From positions 8,881-72,880 of the forward strand of contig CANQRA010000001.1 of the NCBI GenBank assembly GCA_947626125.1: a stretch of 64,000 bases of DNA, in the 5' to 3' direction. The DNA comes from an uncultured Bacilli bacterium (GTDB taxonomy: Bacteria; Bacillota_I; Bacilli_A; RF39; UBA660). Numbering within the stretch: position 1 is the first letter of the stretch; each line of letters begins with the position of its first letter. This document shows positions 28,055-38,383 of the stretch, in pieces. The position numbers were made by a program, and so were the translations under genes. The notes beneath the pieces are model-generated. The model worked only from the letters and a program-made list of their open reading frames with translations, searched no databases and was not told the origin of the DNA.

Positions 28055-31000
28055 ATGGAGCTAAATAAGTATTTTAATTATGAAAATGGAAGTACAACAT
28101 ATGGATTAACAAGTGAGTTAATCGCTTTTTACGTGGCTAATTTATATACGAAAAAGCCTCAAAATATTTTGTTAGTCACAAGTAACTTATATGAAAGCAA
28201 TAAATTATATAATGTTATTAAAGAACATTTAAATAATACCGAAATATTTCCCATGGATGATTTTATTACTTCCAAAGTTTTAGCCATGTCTCCCGAATTT
28301 ACTGTTGGTAGATTAAATGTTTTAGAACATTTAAAGAAAGAAAACTGTGTGGTTATTACTAACTTAATGGGTTATCTCAAGTTTCTCGCGGATGTTAACA
28401 CCCAAACAGCATATTTATTGCAAAAAGATACGGAGCTAAATAGAGAAGATTTTATTAATACTTTAGAAGAATATGGCTATAAAAGAGAATCTATTGTTAC
28501 AACAAGTGGCGAATATTCCTTAAGAGGATTTATCATAGATATTTATATAATTAATGAAGAACATCCTATTAGAATTGAACTATTTGGTAATACTATAGAG
28601 TCTATTCGTTATTTTGATGAAAATACGCAAAGAACTATCGCGGAAATTAAAGAGATTACTTTAAAACCCTTTAAAGAAATCGAATCAGTGAATAAAAGTT
28701 CTTTGTACGATTACATGCATAATCCTATAGTTATATATTTAAATTACAATCAAATTAAGGTAGCGTATCAAAATCTTAATGAGGAAATCTTAGAATACCA
28801 AGAAGAAACACAGGAAAATGCGAAGTATATGTATGAACTCGATGATATTAAACCAGAGTATGAGTTGTATATCGATAATATTAATAATATGTCCGATGTT
28901 TCCATTTGTGACGCGCCCTCATTTAATGAGAATTTTCCTTATTTACAAGAAACATATGCTAAATGGCTCAAAGAAAAGAAAAAAGTTTATTTTTACTTAT
29001 CAAAAAATAGTGAAGTGCAAAAGATAAAAGAATTAATTCCTGATGCCAACATTATTAAGCAAAAGATTACTAAAGGTTTTATCATCAACGATATTGTCTG
29101 TATTTCCGAATATGATATTGGCATAAAAATTAATGAAAATGCTAAATATAAGAATAATTTACATATAGGTAAAAAAATTAAAACTTTTGATGACTTAGAA
29201 AAGGGTGATTATGTCGTTCATCTTGCTCATGGTATAGGTATTTATGATGGCTTAGTAACTTTAACCAAAGATGGCTTAGCTAAAGATTATATTAGAATAT
29301 TGTATGATGATAATGATAAAGTCTATATTCCTGTAGAAAAGATAAATAATATTTATAAGTATTCTAGTAAAGAGGGAACCGCCCCTAAATTAAATAAATT
29401 AAACTCTACTAGTTGGGCTAAAACCAAAAATTATATTAAAGCTAAGGCCAAAGATATTTCGGAATATTTGTTAGATTTGTATCAAAAGAGAATTAGTGTG
29501 AAAGGAGAAGCTTATAAAGATGATGCTTTAGAAAGCGTTTTTGCGAGTGCTTTTCCTTATGTTGAAACAAAAGACCAAACGAAAGCTATTTATGAAATAG
29601 ATAAAGATTTAAAAAGTACAGTCCCCATGGACCGTCTTTTATGTGGCGATGTGGGTTTTGGTAAAACCGAAGTAGCTATGCGAGCTATCTTTAAAACTGT
29701 CGTTAATAATCGGCAAGTTATGTATTTGTGTCCAACGACTATTCTATCAAAACAACAATATAATGTTATCAAAGAAAGATTTAAGGATGTTCCGGTAGAT
29801 ATTCGTCTTTTAAATCGTTTTACAACCCCTAAAGAAGTAAAAAGCATTCTTGAAGATTTAGCTAAAGGAAGTCTCGATATTTTAGTTGGTACCCACCGTT
29901 TATTAAGTAATGATGTAGTTCCAAGTAAACTAGGTCTATTAGTCGTTGACGAAGAACAACGATTTGGGGTAAAACATAAAGAAAGAATTAAAGAATTTAA
30001 GAATGATGTTAATGTTTTAACTTTATCGGCGACCCCAATCCCCAGAACTTTAAAAATGGCTTTATCAGGGTTAAGAGATTTATCCATTATTGATACGCCA
30101 CCAGTAAATCGTTATCCAGTACAAACCTATGTTATTGAAGAACAAGACCTTATAGTTAAAGATGCCATTTATAAAGAATTAGGTCGTAAAGGACAAATCT
30201 TTATTTTATATAATCGGATTGATTCCTTGGCTCTGATTGTTGACAAAATAGCGAAACTTGCTCCCGATGCGCGCATTACTTATGCCCATGGAAGAATGAA
30301 TAAAGAAGAGTTGGAAACAATCATGGATGATTTTGTTTCTTATAAATATGATATTTTAATCTGTACAACGATTATAGAAAATGGTATAGATATTTCTAAT
30401 GCTAATACTTTAATTGTTTATGATGCCGACAACTTTGGTTTAGCTCAACTTTATCAAATAAGAGGTCGTGTTGGTCGTAGTGACCGAGTTGCCTATGCTT
30501 ATTTATTATATGATCCCAAGAAAATGCTTAATGATATAGCTATTAAAAGACTGCAAGCTATTAAAGAATTTACTAATTTAGGCAGTGGCTACAAAATTGC
30601 TATGCGTGACTTAGCTATCCGTGGAGCTGGCGATATCTTTGGTAGTGAACAAGCAGGCTTTGTGGATTCGGTTGGTATTGCTCTTTATACTAAGTTAATC
30701 GAAGATGAAATGGCCAAAGCAAAAGGCGAATATGTTGAAGAAGAGGATGATACTAATACCAATTTAATCGAGGTATCTACGCATATTAAAGATGACTATG
30801 TTAGTGATGAAGATATCAAAATTGAAATCCATCAAAAAATTAATAGCATTGATTCTTTTGCTAAATTAGAACAAATTAAAGAAGAATTAATAGATCGTTT
30901 TGGGGCCATTGATAAAGACTTAGAAATATATATGTACGAAGAATGGTTTACTAATCTTTGTAAGATGCTTAATATTACGAAAGTTAATGTTACCGATAGA

Positions 31001-31201
31001 ACGGTGGAAATAATCTTACCGGAAGAATTATCTAATAACATTAAAGGCGATAAACTCTTATTAGAAACCATGTCTATTTCCAACAAATTTAATATCAAAT
31101 ATCAACATAAAAATATTATTATTGCTTTGTTTTATAAGGGTTTACCAGAACATTATGTATACTATTTAGTTAAATTATTACTAGCGATTAAAGATAATTA
31201 A
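28055..31201 (+). CDS. mfd: transcription-repair coupling factor
   Basis: 1048 aa with superfamily-2 helicase motifs 'GDVGFGKTEVAMRA' and 'DEEQRFGV', and a TRCF C-terminal domain. Confidence 0.95.
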   Translation: MELNKYFNYENGSTTYGLTSELIAFYVANLYTKKPQNILLVTSNLYESNKLYNVIKEHLNNTEIFPMDDFITSKVLAMSPEFTVGRLNVLEHLKKENCVVITNLMGYLKFLADVNTQTAYLLQKDTELNREDFINTLEEYGYKRESIVTTSGEYSLRGFIIDIYIINEEHPIRIELFGNTIESIRYFDENTQRTIAEIKEITLKPFKEIESVNKSSLYDYMHNPIVIYLNYNQIKVAYQNLNEEILEYQEETQENAKYMYELDDIKPEYELYIDNINNMSDVSICDAPSFNENFPYLQETYAKWLKEKKKVYFYLSKNSEVQKIKELIPDANIIKQKITKGFIINDIVCISEYDIGIKINENAKYKNNLHIGKKIKTFDDLEKGDYVVHLAHGIGIYDGLVTLTKDGLAKDYIRILYDDNDKVYIPVEKINNIYKYSSKEGTAPKLNKLNSTSWAKTKNYIKAKAKDISEYLLDLYQKRISVKGEAYKDDALESVFASAFPYVETKDQTKAIYEIDKDLKSTVPMDRLLCGDVGFGKTEVAMRAIFKTVVNNRQVMYLCPTTILSKQQYNVIKERFKDVPVDIRLLNRFTTPKEVKSILEDLAKGSLDILVGTHRLLSNDVVPSKLGLLVVDEEQRFGVKHKERIKEFKNDVNVLTLSATPIPRTLKMALSGLRDLSIIDTPPVNRYPVQTYVIEEQDLIVKDAIYKELGRKGQIFILYNRIDSLALIVDKIAKLAPDARITYAHGRMNKEELETIMDDFVSYKYDILICTTIIENGIDISNANTLIVYDADNFGLAQLYQIRGRVGRSDRVAYAYLLYDPKKMLNDIAIKRLQAIKEFTNLGSGYKIAMRDLAIRGAGDIFGSEQAGFVDSVGIALYTKLIEDEMAKAKGEYVEEEDDTNTNLIEVSTHIKDDYVSDEDIKIEIHQKINSIDSFAKLEQIKEELIDRFGAIDKDLEIYMYEEWFTNLCKMLNITKVNVTDRTVEIILPEELSNNIKGDKLLLETMSISNKFNIKYQHKNIIIALFYKGLPEHYVYYLVKLLLAIKDN

Positions 31202-31240
31202 AAAAGTTATCGGTCCATTTCGAAGACTGATAACTTTTTT
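31202..31240. terminator. bidirectional rho-independent terminator between convergent mfd and the ATPase gene
   Basis: Perfect 10-bp stem AAAGTTATC.../...GATAACTTT with A/T tracts on both sides. Confidence 0.6.
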
Positions 31241-32540
31241 ATAGCAAAAATACCGCATATAATGGAATAGATTTAATTTTTGTTTTTGCATCATAGCCAA
31301 AATCTTTTGTACTTATTCTTATAGCGTATGGTGGATTGTATTTTTCCATATATATTTTTAAGCTTTTAGATTTGGTATTATCTGCCGCTTTAACTTCTAT
31401 CGGGATAATGCCATCATCATTATATAACAAGAAATCTATTTCGCTTTCATTATTATTTTTCCAATAATATAAATTATAACCATTAGTAGTTAATTGATTA
31501 GCAACGTAATTTTCCGTGATAACACCCTTATATAAAGAAAGATTATCGTTTAAAATATCAATCATTTTAATTTTTAAAATATTTCTAAGTATTCCTACAT
31601 CACTTAAATATATTTTAAATGTCTCGGAATCTTTAAAACCCTCTAATGGAATTTCTGGTAACGTTACATTATGGGCAACAATAACCAGTTTGCTAGCTAT
31701 TAACCAATCAAGTGATAATTCATAGTTTCTTTTTCTCGCTTGCTTTTCAATTTTGGAATATTGAAATTTATGTGATTCATTCGAAAGTTGGTTGGGAAGA
31801 GAATCATATAATCTTCTTATTTTTAAAGTTTCAACATCAGATATGACATACTTCTTCATATCATTAAAGTAAGATTCTATAATATCATTTAAAGTATTTT
31901 CACTATATTTGGTGTAATCTTCATTTGCGTTTATCATGCTTAAAATGCTTTCAGGCATCCCACCGGTTATTATAAAAGTGCGATAAAATCTTAAAGCGAT
32001 GTTATGTAGGGGGTCGCCCATTGATTTATTATTAATAAAACATTCTCTTATATGATTTGCTAAACTATCTTTGCCCATTGCCCATAAAAATTCTTCAAAG
32101 TCCATCGGAAACATTTTAAGCAATCTCACTTTTCCAACCGGAAAAGAAAAATGACTTCGTTTTAACTTAACACCAAGAAGTGAACCCGCACAGATAATTT
32201 TAACATTATTATGCTCTTCACAAAAATATTTAAGTTCAGCTATTAATTCTTCGGATTCTTGAATTTCATCAATAAATATAATAGAATCTTCTTTTTCAAA
32301 ATCAAAATCTAAAATTAATTTTAATTCATTGTATTTTTCAATGGAAGATTTATTGGAATGATATAGTTCTACAATTTCTTTATCCCTAAATAAATTAATA
32401 TAACGATAATTTTTAAACTCTTTTTGGCAAAATTCATTAATAATATATGTTTTTCCACATTGCCTAACCCCTAATACGATTAAGGGTTTATTTTCATTAT
32501 TTTTCCACGTGATTAAGTCTTGATATATTTTTCTTTTCAT
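31239..32540 (-). CDS. AAA+ ATPase of the DUF4143 / COG1373 type
   Basis: Walker A 'GVRQCGKTYII' and Walker B 'IIFIDEIQ'. The start is placed at 'MKRKIYQD', which is preceded by Shine-Dalgarno AGGTGG. The ORF track extends to 32588. Confidence 0.7.
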   Translation of the reverse strand: MKRKIYQDLITWKNNENKPLIVLGVRQCGKTYIINEFCQKEFKNYRYINLFRDKEIVELYHSNKSSIEKYNELKLILDFDFEKEDSIIFIDEIQESEELIAELKYFCEEHNNVKIICAGSLLGVKLKRSHFSFPVGKVRLLKMFPMDFEEFLWAMGKDSLANHIRECFINNKSMGDPLHNIALRFYRTFIITGGMPESILSMINANEDYTKYSENTLNDIIESYFNDMKKYVISDVETLKIRRLYDSLPNQLSNESHKFQYSKIEKQARKRNYELSLDWLIASKLVIVAHNVTLPEIPLEGFKDSETFKIYLSDVGILRNILKIKMIDILNDNLSLYKGVITENYVANQLTTNGYNLYYWKNNNESEIDFLLYNDDGIIPIEVKAADNTKSKSLKIYMEKYNPPYAIRISTKDFGYDAKTKIKSIPLYAVFLL

Positions 32541-32595
32541 AAAAATTCCACCTAAATATAAAATAACAGAAAATAAGGGCAAAATCAAGCTTAAC

Positions 32596-32649
32596 TACAC
32601 ATTTTTGGCACGAATAATTAGTGAAAGTTACACATTTTTGGCACGAATA
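32596..32649. repeat. two 22-bp direct repeats 'TACACATTTTTGGCACGAATAA' spaced 10 bp apart in the divergent ATPase/spoVT promoter region
   Basis: Exact copies at 32596..32617 and 32628..32649. The second copy overlaps an inverted repeat CGAATAAATATATTCG. Confidence 0.6.
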
Positions 32650-32706
32650 AATATATTCGCATAATTATTTTTATTCTAACCACACTATAAAAAGGAGTGT
32701 GTAGTT

Positions 32707-33213
32707 ATGAGTAAAAGTGGAATTACTAGAAGAATTGATGAGTTAGGTAGAATTGTAGTTCCCAAAGAAATAAGATATAACTTAGGAATTAGAGATGGTG
32801 AACCTTTAGAAATATATACATCTGATAATTCCATTATTATAAAAAAATATAGTCAAATAGAAAATAGTAAAGATATTAGTCAAAATTTATGTAATATTAT
32901 TTTTGATGCTGCCCATATAAGCATTATTATTACAGACCGAGAAAAGGTAATAGCAACAAGTACTAATTTAAAAGAGCTGGAATTAAAAAGCCTCGATGAC
33001 ACTTTAAAAGATTTAATTGATAACAGAGAAAGTTATATATCTAAGGTTAAAGAAATAAAATTAGGCATTAATGCTTATTTTACGATTGTTCCTATTATAA
33101 CCTCAGTGGATTGCAGTGGCTTAATTATTCTTTTGGCAGAAACGAATGAAGACTATCTTAAATATGCCAAAATAGTGCAAAAACTTTTAGTTCAAAAGCT
33201 GGATATTGTTTAA
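32707..33213 (+). CDS. spoVT: stage V sporulation protein T (AbrB-N domain + GAF-like C-domain)
   Basis: AbrB/MazE swapped-hairpin N-terminus 'TRRIDELGRIVVPKEIRYNLGIRDGEPLEIY'. The 168-aa length fits SpoVT rather than AbrB. It lies downstream of mfd, as in B. subtilis. Confidence 0.75.
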   Translation: MSKSGITRRIDELGRIVVPKEIRYNLGIRDGEPLEIYTSDNSIIIKKYSQIENSKDISQNLCNIIFDAAHISIIITDREKVIATSTNLKELELKSLDDTLKDLIDNRESYISKVKEIKLGINAYFTIVPIITSVDCSGLIILLAETNEDYLKYAKIVQKLLVQKLDIV

Positions 33214-33229
33214 TAGCGATAAAAAAGTC

Positions 33230-33340
33230 ATAATATGTCGATTTTTGTAGACTGGAAAACATAATTCGACAAATATTTACATAGGTAGACAAATGTTGTC
33301 AAAACTTCCTATGGATTTTTGTCAAATAATCTTTTATAAT
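33230..33340. promoter_or_regulatory. spo0A upstream region with 0A-box-like sites
   Basis: TTCGACA at about 33268..33274 is a perfect TGTCGAA box on the minus strand. TGTCGAT lies at about 33236 and TTGTCAA-type half-sites at about 33296 and 33320. Confidence 0.4.
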
Positions 33341-33374
33341 GAGTTTACAAGCAGTACAAAAAGAGGAGAGAATA

Positions 33375-34133
33375 ATGAAAAACAACGTTAAAGTCTTAGT
33401 AATTGATGACGATGCATCAATGAATAAAGACTTAGAGAAGTATTTTAGCAGTCATGAAGTAATTAAAGTAGTAGCTTGTAAAAATAATGGAGAGGAAGGA
33501 CTAAGTTATTTAATTAATAATATTAATGATGTTGATGTCATCGTCATGGATTTAATATTACCAAAGATGGATGGATTGTACTTCTTAAGTGAAATGAAAA
33601 GTCGTAACATTAATAAAAGTGTTATTGTCACTACTAGTTTCAAAGATGAACATATTTTAGAAGATTCTAAGTCTTATGGAATTACTTATTATATGTTAAA
33701 GCCTATAAACTTTGCGAGTCTAGAAAATAGAATTTTGGCGGCTCAAATAAGTCATTTAAGTAATCAAGGTAATTTTGCTTATGAAAAGACATTAACTGAT
33801 TTATTACATAATTTAGGTATTCCGTCTCATGTCCGCGGATACCAATATATAAAAGAGGGTGTCCAAATAGTATATAATGATAAGAATATGATATCTTATA
33901 TAACTAAGGATGTTTATCCGGAGATAGCCAAAAAATTTAGTACAACTCCCACAAGAGTGGAAAGAGCAATTAGACATGCAATCGAAATAAGTTGGAACCG
34001 TGGCGATTTATCCTTAATGGAAAGCATTTTTGGTAATAGCATTAATATCAATCGTGATAAGCCAACGAATGCTGAATATTTAGCTACCATCGCAGATAAA
34101 TTAAAAGTTGATGGAAAATTAATATATAACTAA
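33375..34133 (+). CDS. spo0A: sporulation master regulator Spo0A
   Basis: Receiver domain 'VLVIDDD...DLILPKMDG' plus the diagnostic Spo0A C-terminal domain 'SHVRGYQYIKEGVQIVYNDKNMISYITKDVYPEIAKKFSTTPTRVERAIRHAIEISWNRG'. Start ATG 33375 follows Shine-Dalgarno AGAGGAGAG. Confidence 0.9.
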   Translation: MKNNVKVLVIDDDASMNKDLEKYFSSHEVIKVVACKNNGEEGLSYLINNINDVDVIVMDLILPKMDGLYFLSEMKSRNINKSVIVTTSFKDEHILEDSKSYGITYYMLKPINFASLENRILAAQISHLSNQGNFAYEKTLTDLLHNLGIPSHVRGYQYIKEGVQIVYNDKNMISYITKDVYPEIAKKFSTTPTRVERAIRHAIEISWNRGDLSLMESIFGNSININRDKPTNAEYLATIADKLKVDGKLIYN

Positions 34134-34216
34134 GTAAAGGAAATATCTTTTACTTTTTTTATGTTAATTATTTAAAAAAGCTTTAGAATATGATATATTA
34201 TAAATATGGTGAAACT

Positions 34217-35707
34217 ATGAAAAAAATTCTAACTATTATATTAGACGGTTTTGGTTTAAGAGATGAAGAATACGGGAATGCCATTAAAGCCGCTAAAATG
34301 ACAACCTTTAATAAGTTATGGGATGAATATCCTCATTCTATACTAAGTGCTAGTGAAGAGGCGGTAGGTCTTCATCATGGCCAATTTGGTAATAGTGAAA
34401 CAGGTCACTTAACCATCGGAGCCGGAAGATTAATTAAACAAAATGAAACATTAGTTGATGATTTTTTAGCTAGTGATATCTTAAACAACGAAAAATTTCA
34501 AGAGTTATTAAATTATAAAGAGAAAGACATCCATTTAATGGGCTTATCTAGTGATGGTAATGTACATGCGGGTATTGATGATGCTTTAAAACTATATCAA
34601 ATATTAGTTAAGAATGGTTTTACAAAAATTCACTTTCATGTTATTACAGATGGAAGAGATACAGGAGTTCATGATGCTTATAAATATATTGCCCAAATTG
34701 AAGAAAGTATCAAAACTTATAAAATAGGGGATATTGCCACTATATGTGGTAGATACTACGCCATGGACAGGGATAAAAATTATACTCGGACAAAAGTATA
34801 CTATGATTTAGTATGTCGAGGCGTAGGTAAAAGCATTAGTAATATAAAAACAGCCTTAAACGAAATGTACAATAATAACATAACTGATGAATTTATGAAA
34901 CCGATGATAGCAAGTCAAAATCTCATCAAGAATGGCGATGTCTTGATTTGGCTTAATTATCGAGCTGACCGCGCTAAACAAATATTGCAAACATTTACCA
35001 ATAAAGAATTTAATTTCTTTAATATTTTCCCAATGCCTGATTTAAAAGTTTATTCTTTTTTACCTATCGATAAAGATATTCCTACTAATAATTTTATTGA
35101 TGAAGTAAAAATTACTAATCCTTTAGGTTTATATTTAGAAAAGTTAGATTTAACCCAAGCCAGAATTGCGGAAACAGAAAAATTTCCCCATGTAACTTAT
35201 TTCTTTGACGGAGGTTATAATGGCAAAATTCAAAAATGTAATCAGTTTTTAATTCCATCACCTAAGGTAGCTACTTATGATTTAAAACCGGAGATGAGCG
35301 CCGTGGGTATTACGAAAAAATGTATTGAATGTATGGTGCAAGATTATGATTTTATTCTAATGAATTTTGCTAATCCCGACATGGTAGGTCATACGGGTAA
35401 TTTTGAAGCCACAGTTAAAGCATGTATGGCTGTTGATTTATGCTTAGATAAAATCATTGAAAATGCTTTTGAGAATTTTTATAAGGTTATTATTCTTGCC
35501 GATCATGGGAATGCTGATATTATGCTTGACTCTAATGGTAATAAAGTAACCACACATACTTTAAGTAAAGTACCCTTTATTATATTAGATAAAAGTGTTA
35601 AATTAAAAGAAGAAGGCGATTTAACAATGGTAGCCCCAACTATTTTAGAATATATGGATATAGCTATTCCCGAAGAGATGAAAAATACGGAAATTTTGCT
35701 TAAGTAA
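34217..35707 (+). CDS. gpmI: 2,3-bisphosphoglycerate-independent phosphoglycerate mutase
   Basis: 'ILDGFGLR', 'SETGHLT' and 'ADHGNAD' motifs. The start is placed at 'MKKILTIILDG'. Confidence 0.9.
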   Translation: MKKILTIILDGFGLRDEEYGNAIKAAKMTTFNKLWDEYPHSILSASEEAVGLHHGQFGNSETGHLTIGAGRLIKQNETLVDDFLASDILNNEKFQELLNYKEKDIHLMGLSSDGNVHAGIDDALKLYQILVKNGFTKIHFHVITDGRDTGVHDAYKYIAQIEESIKTYKIGDIATICGRYYAMDRDKNYTRTKVYYDLVCRGVGKSISNIKTALNEMYNNNITDEFMKPMIASQNLIKNGDVLIWLNYRADRAKQILQTFTNKEFNFFNIFPMPDLKVYSFLPIDKDIPTNNFIDEVKITNPLGLYLEKLDLTQARIAETEKFPHVTYFFDGGYNGKIQKCNQFLIPSPKVATYDLKPEMSAVGITKKCIECMVQDYDFILMNFANPDMVGHTGNFEATVKACMAVDLCLDKIIENAFENFYKVIILADHGNADIMLDSNGNKVTTHTLSKVPFIILDKSVKLKEEGDLTMVAPTILEYMDIAIPEEMKNTEILLK

Positions 35708-35721
35708 GGAAGTAAGAGAAA

Positions 35722-36606
35722 ATGAATAAAAAAAAGAAAAAATTAATTAGAATTATTGTAATATTATTATTACTAACTGTAATATGCTTTAGTAGTGTAG
35801 CATATTTAAAAAAAAGAAGGGAAAGTGATGAAGTGACCCCCAACCAAACACCTGGTAATAATGATAGCCATGTTAATACAACTATTGACCCCGTTGAACA
35901 AGCATTGCGAAATGAAACTTACTTTTTAGAAAGAAATTTAACGCGTTATCTAAGTTATGCTAAAAAATATCCGGATAAAGAACCTGCTGAAGTTGTAAGA
36001 AGCGTTAACGCTAACATTGATTATGATTTTTACACCAATGATACCGCTTCTAATTTAGCTGATGGCATTCTCGTCTTAGTTAATAAATATCACAAATTAC
36101 CATCAGACTATGAACCGGATTTAGTTTCTATGAGTAGTACATATACTTATGGAACCTTCCAAATGCAAAGAGAGGCTTATGAACATTTTAAGGATATGTG
36201 TGATAATGCGTCCGTAGATGGCATCCATTTATATAATGTTTCAGCTTATCGTAGTTATAGTAGACAAGAAACTTTGTATAATAACTATGTTAAACAAGGA
36301 GGTCAAGAATACGCGGATAATACATCAGCCCGGGCAGGATATTCTGAACATCAAACTGGCTTAGTTTCTGACATTATAACCGCGGACAGTAATTCCCATT
36401 TTGAAAACACCAAAGAGTATGCTTGGTTAAAAGAAAATTCTTATAAATATGGTTTCATTGAAAGATTCCCTCAAGGGAAAGAATATATTACAGGTTATGA
36501 ATTTGAACCATGGCATTATCGTTATGTAGGGGTAGAAGTTGCCACTTACATTCATGAACATCAAATAACCTTTGATGAATACTACGCATATTTTATTGAA
36601 AAATAA
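35722..36606 (+). CDS. membrane-anchored D-alanyl-D-alanine carboxypeptidase (peptidase M15B/VanY family)
   Basis: N-terminal TM helix. M15 motifs 'SAYRSYSRQ', 'SEHQTGL' and 'EPWHYRY'. Confidence 0.75.
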   Translation: MNKKKKKLIRIIVILLLLTVICFSSVAYLKKRRESDEVTPNQTPGNNDSHVNTTIDPVEQALRNETYFLERNLTRYLSYAKKYPDKEPAEVVRSVNANIDYDFYTNDTASNLADGILVLVNKYHKLPSDYEPDLVSMSSTYTYGTFQMQREAYEHFKDMCDNASVDGIHLYNVSAYRSYSRQETLYNNYVKQGGQEYADNTSARAGYSEHQTGLVSDIITADSNSHFENTKEYAWLKENSYKYGFIERFPQGKEYITGYEFEPWHYRYVGVEVATYIHEHQITFDEYYAYFIEK

Positions 36607-36622
36607 ATAGATTGGATTAATT

Positions 36623-37834
36623 ATGATTATAAATATTAAGGGTGAAAAAAATAAAAAAAGATTTGTTTTACCTTTATGTATTATTATAATTTTAATTATA
36701 GTATTAGTCTTATTAAATACATTTAAAAATAAAAAAGTTGAAAAAATTAATTACTATTATGTAGCTTTGGCTAAATTAGAAGATAAATTAGTAAACACTC
36801 TAGATAATAATCAATATAATAATATCATAGGTAATTTAAGTGTATCTTTAGATATTAATAATTCTAAATTCAAAGATATCACTAATCTTATTAATAATAT
36901 GGTTCTGTCTTATGATTTAACTTTAAATGAAGAGAATAAGAATTTAACTATTTTATATGAAGGAACCTATCAAAATAGTCCTTTACCTAAGATGCAGTTT
37001 AATCTTATAAATAGTGATGCTTATTTAAATTTAGGAACTTATTATGATAAGGACATTTTATTAGAAACTAAATTGACTAATTTTTGGAGTATCAAAAGTA
37101 ATTTGAAAACTATTTTTCACGAGCTAATTAAAATAGGGAAAAGCAATTTAAAAGAAGAATACTTTCAAGAGGAAAAAGCTGATGAGCTAACTAATTATCA
37201 GTTAATATTAAATAAAGATGAATTAAATACTTATATTAAAAATTGTTTAGATAATATTCTTTACAATAATAATTTATTAACTAGTTTTGCTAGTCTTATG
37301 CAAACTGATTTAAATACAGTGAGAGATTGGGCATTAAAACTCCAAAAGAATTGGCAACCATTTAATAATGGCTTAGAAATAAACCTATATATAAATAAAG
37401 ATAGTAAGTTAGAAAAAATAATTGTAAAAGGAATAAAAGATATTCAATTAATAAGAAATAAAGATAAGTACAATATAACTCTCGATAAAAAAGACATTGG
37501 CAGTATTAATATCAAAGATAGTTTTAATCTTGAACTTAACATTAATAATAATACCATTAATATTGAACACACCTTAAATAAACAAGACGGGAATTTAAAA
37601 ATCGATATAAAAACGAATAAATTTAAGATGCTTATTACTAATAACTATCAATTAAAGAATACTGACTATCCTAAATTAACTATCGATAACTACATTAAAG
37701 AAGCCATGTTAACCGAAAAAGAAATAAATAATATTCTTGCTAATATAAATAATGATAAAGCTGGTAATATTTTCTTAAATGATTTAAAAAATCTTTGGTG
37801 GCAATATGTTCTAACAACTTTTACTAAGGAATGA
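36623..37834 (+). CDS. hypothetical membrane-anchored Asn/Lys-rich protein (403 aa)
   Basis: Single N-terminal TM 'FVLPLCIIIILIIVLVLL'. The remainder is a low-complexity-rich extracellular domain with no recognisable motifs. Confidence 0.5.
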   Translation: MIINIKGEKNKKRFVLPLCIIIILIIVLVLLNTFKNKKVEKINYYYVALAKLEDKLVNTLDNNQYNNIIGNLSVSLDINNSKFKDITNLINNMVLSYDLTLNEENKNLTILYEGTYQNSPLPKMQFNLINSDAYLNLGTYYDKDILLETKLTNFWSIKSNLKTIFHELIKIGKSNLKEEYFQEEKADELTNYQLILNKDELNTYIKNCLDNILYNNNLLTSFASLMQTDLNTVRDWALKLQKNWQPFNNGLEINLYINKDSKLEKIIVKGIKDIQLIRNKDKYNITLDKKDIGSINIKDSFNLELNINNNTINIEHTLNKQDGNLKIDIKTNKFKMLITNNYQLKNTDYPKLTIDNYIKEAMLTEKEINNILANINNDKAGNIFLNDLKNLWWQYVLTTFTKE

Positions 37835-37906
37835 TTAATTCATTCTTTTTTTAATTAGTAAATAATGTTATACTTAAACCATCAAAAGATAGGAAGTAGA
37901 GTACTT

Positions 37907-38359
37907 ATGAAAAAAATAGCAATTATTTTAGGCATGGTTTTATTACTTGCGGGTTGTAGTGAAATACAAGAGGTTCAAGATGAAAGTAAAGAGCCAGCTC
38001 CTTCCACCATTAAAATAACTAATGATAATGTTATCTTGAAATTAAAAGAAGACACCTTAACAAGCACTATTGTAACATTTATTCTTACCAATAATAGTGA
38101 TGAACCCATAGTTTATAGTGATGAATTTCGCCTAGAAAGAAAGCAAGAAGATAATTGGTATAAGGTTAAACCGATAAAAAATATTGGTTTTTATCTTCAA
38201 CCTCATCAATTAAATCCCGATGAATTTATAGAATTTGGGGTAGATTTGCTATATACATATGGACAGTTAGAGAGTGGTTTATATCGTTTAGTTAAAAGCT
38301 ATAAATATAATAATTCAGAAGAAGATTTATATGTAGCCGCAGAATTTATGATAAATTAA
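37907..38359 (+). CDS. small lipoprotein (about 150 aa)
   Basis: Signal peptide plus lipobox 'LLLAGCSE'. The start is placed at 'MKKIAIILG'. The ORF track extends to 37865. Confidence 0.55.
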   Translation: MKKIAIILGMVLLLAGCSEIQEVQDESKEPAPSTIKITNDNVILKLKEDTLTSTIVTFILTNNSDEPIVYSDEFRLERKQEDNWYKVKPIKNIGFYLQPHQLNPDEFIEFGVDLLYTYGQLESGLYRLVKSYKYNNSEEDLYVAAEFMIN

Positions 38360-38383
38360 GTGTTAGTCCCAATTTAAGAAAGA

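Noticed and set aside
32596-32649. Sigma-54 promoter, because the 22-bp repeats contain TGGCACG
   Set aside because: The -12 element TTGC(A/T) is absent at the required 4-5-nt spacing in both copies.
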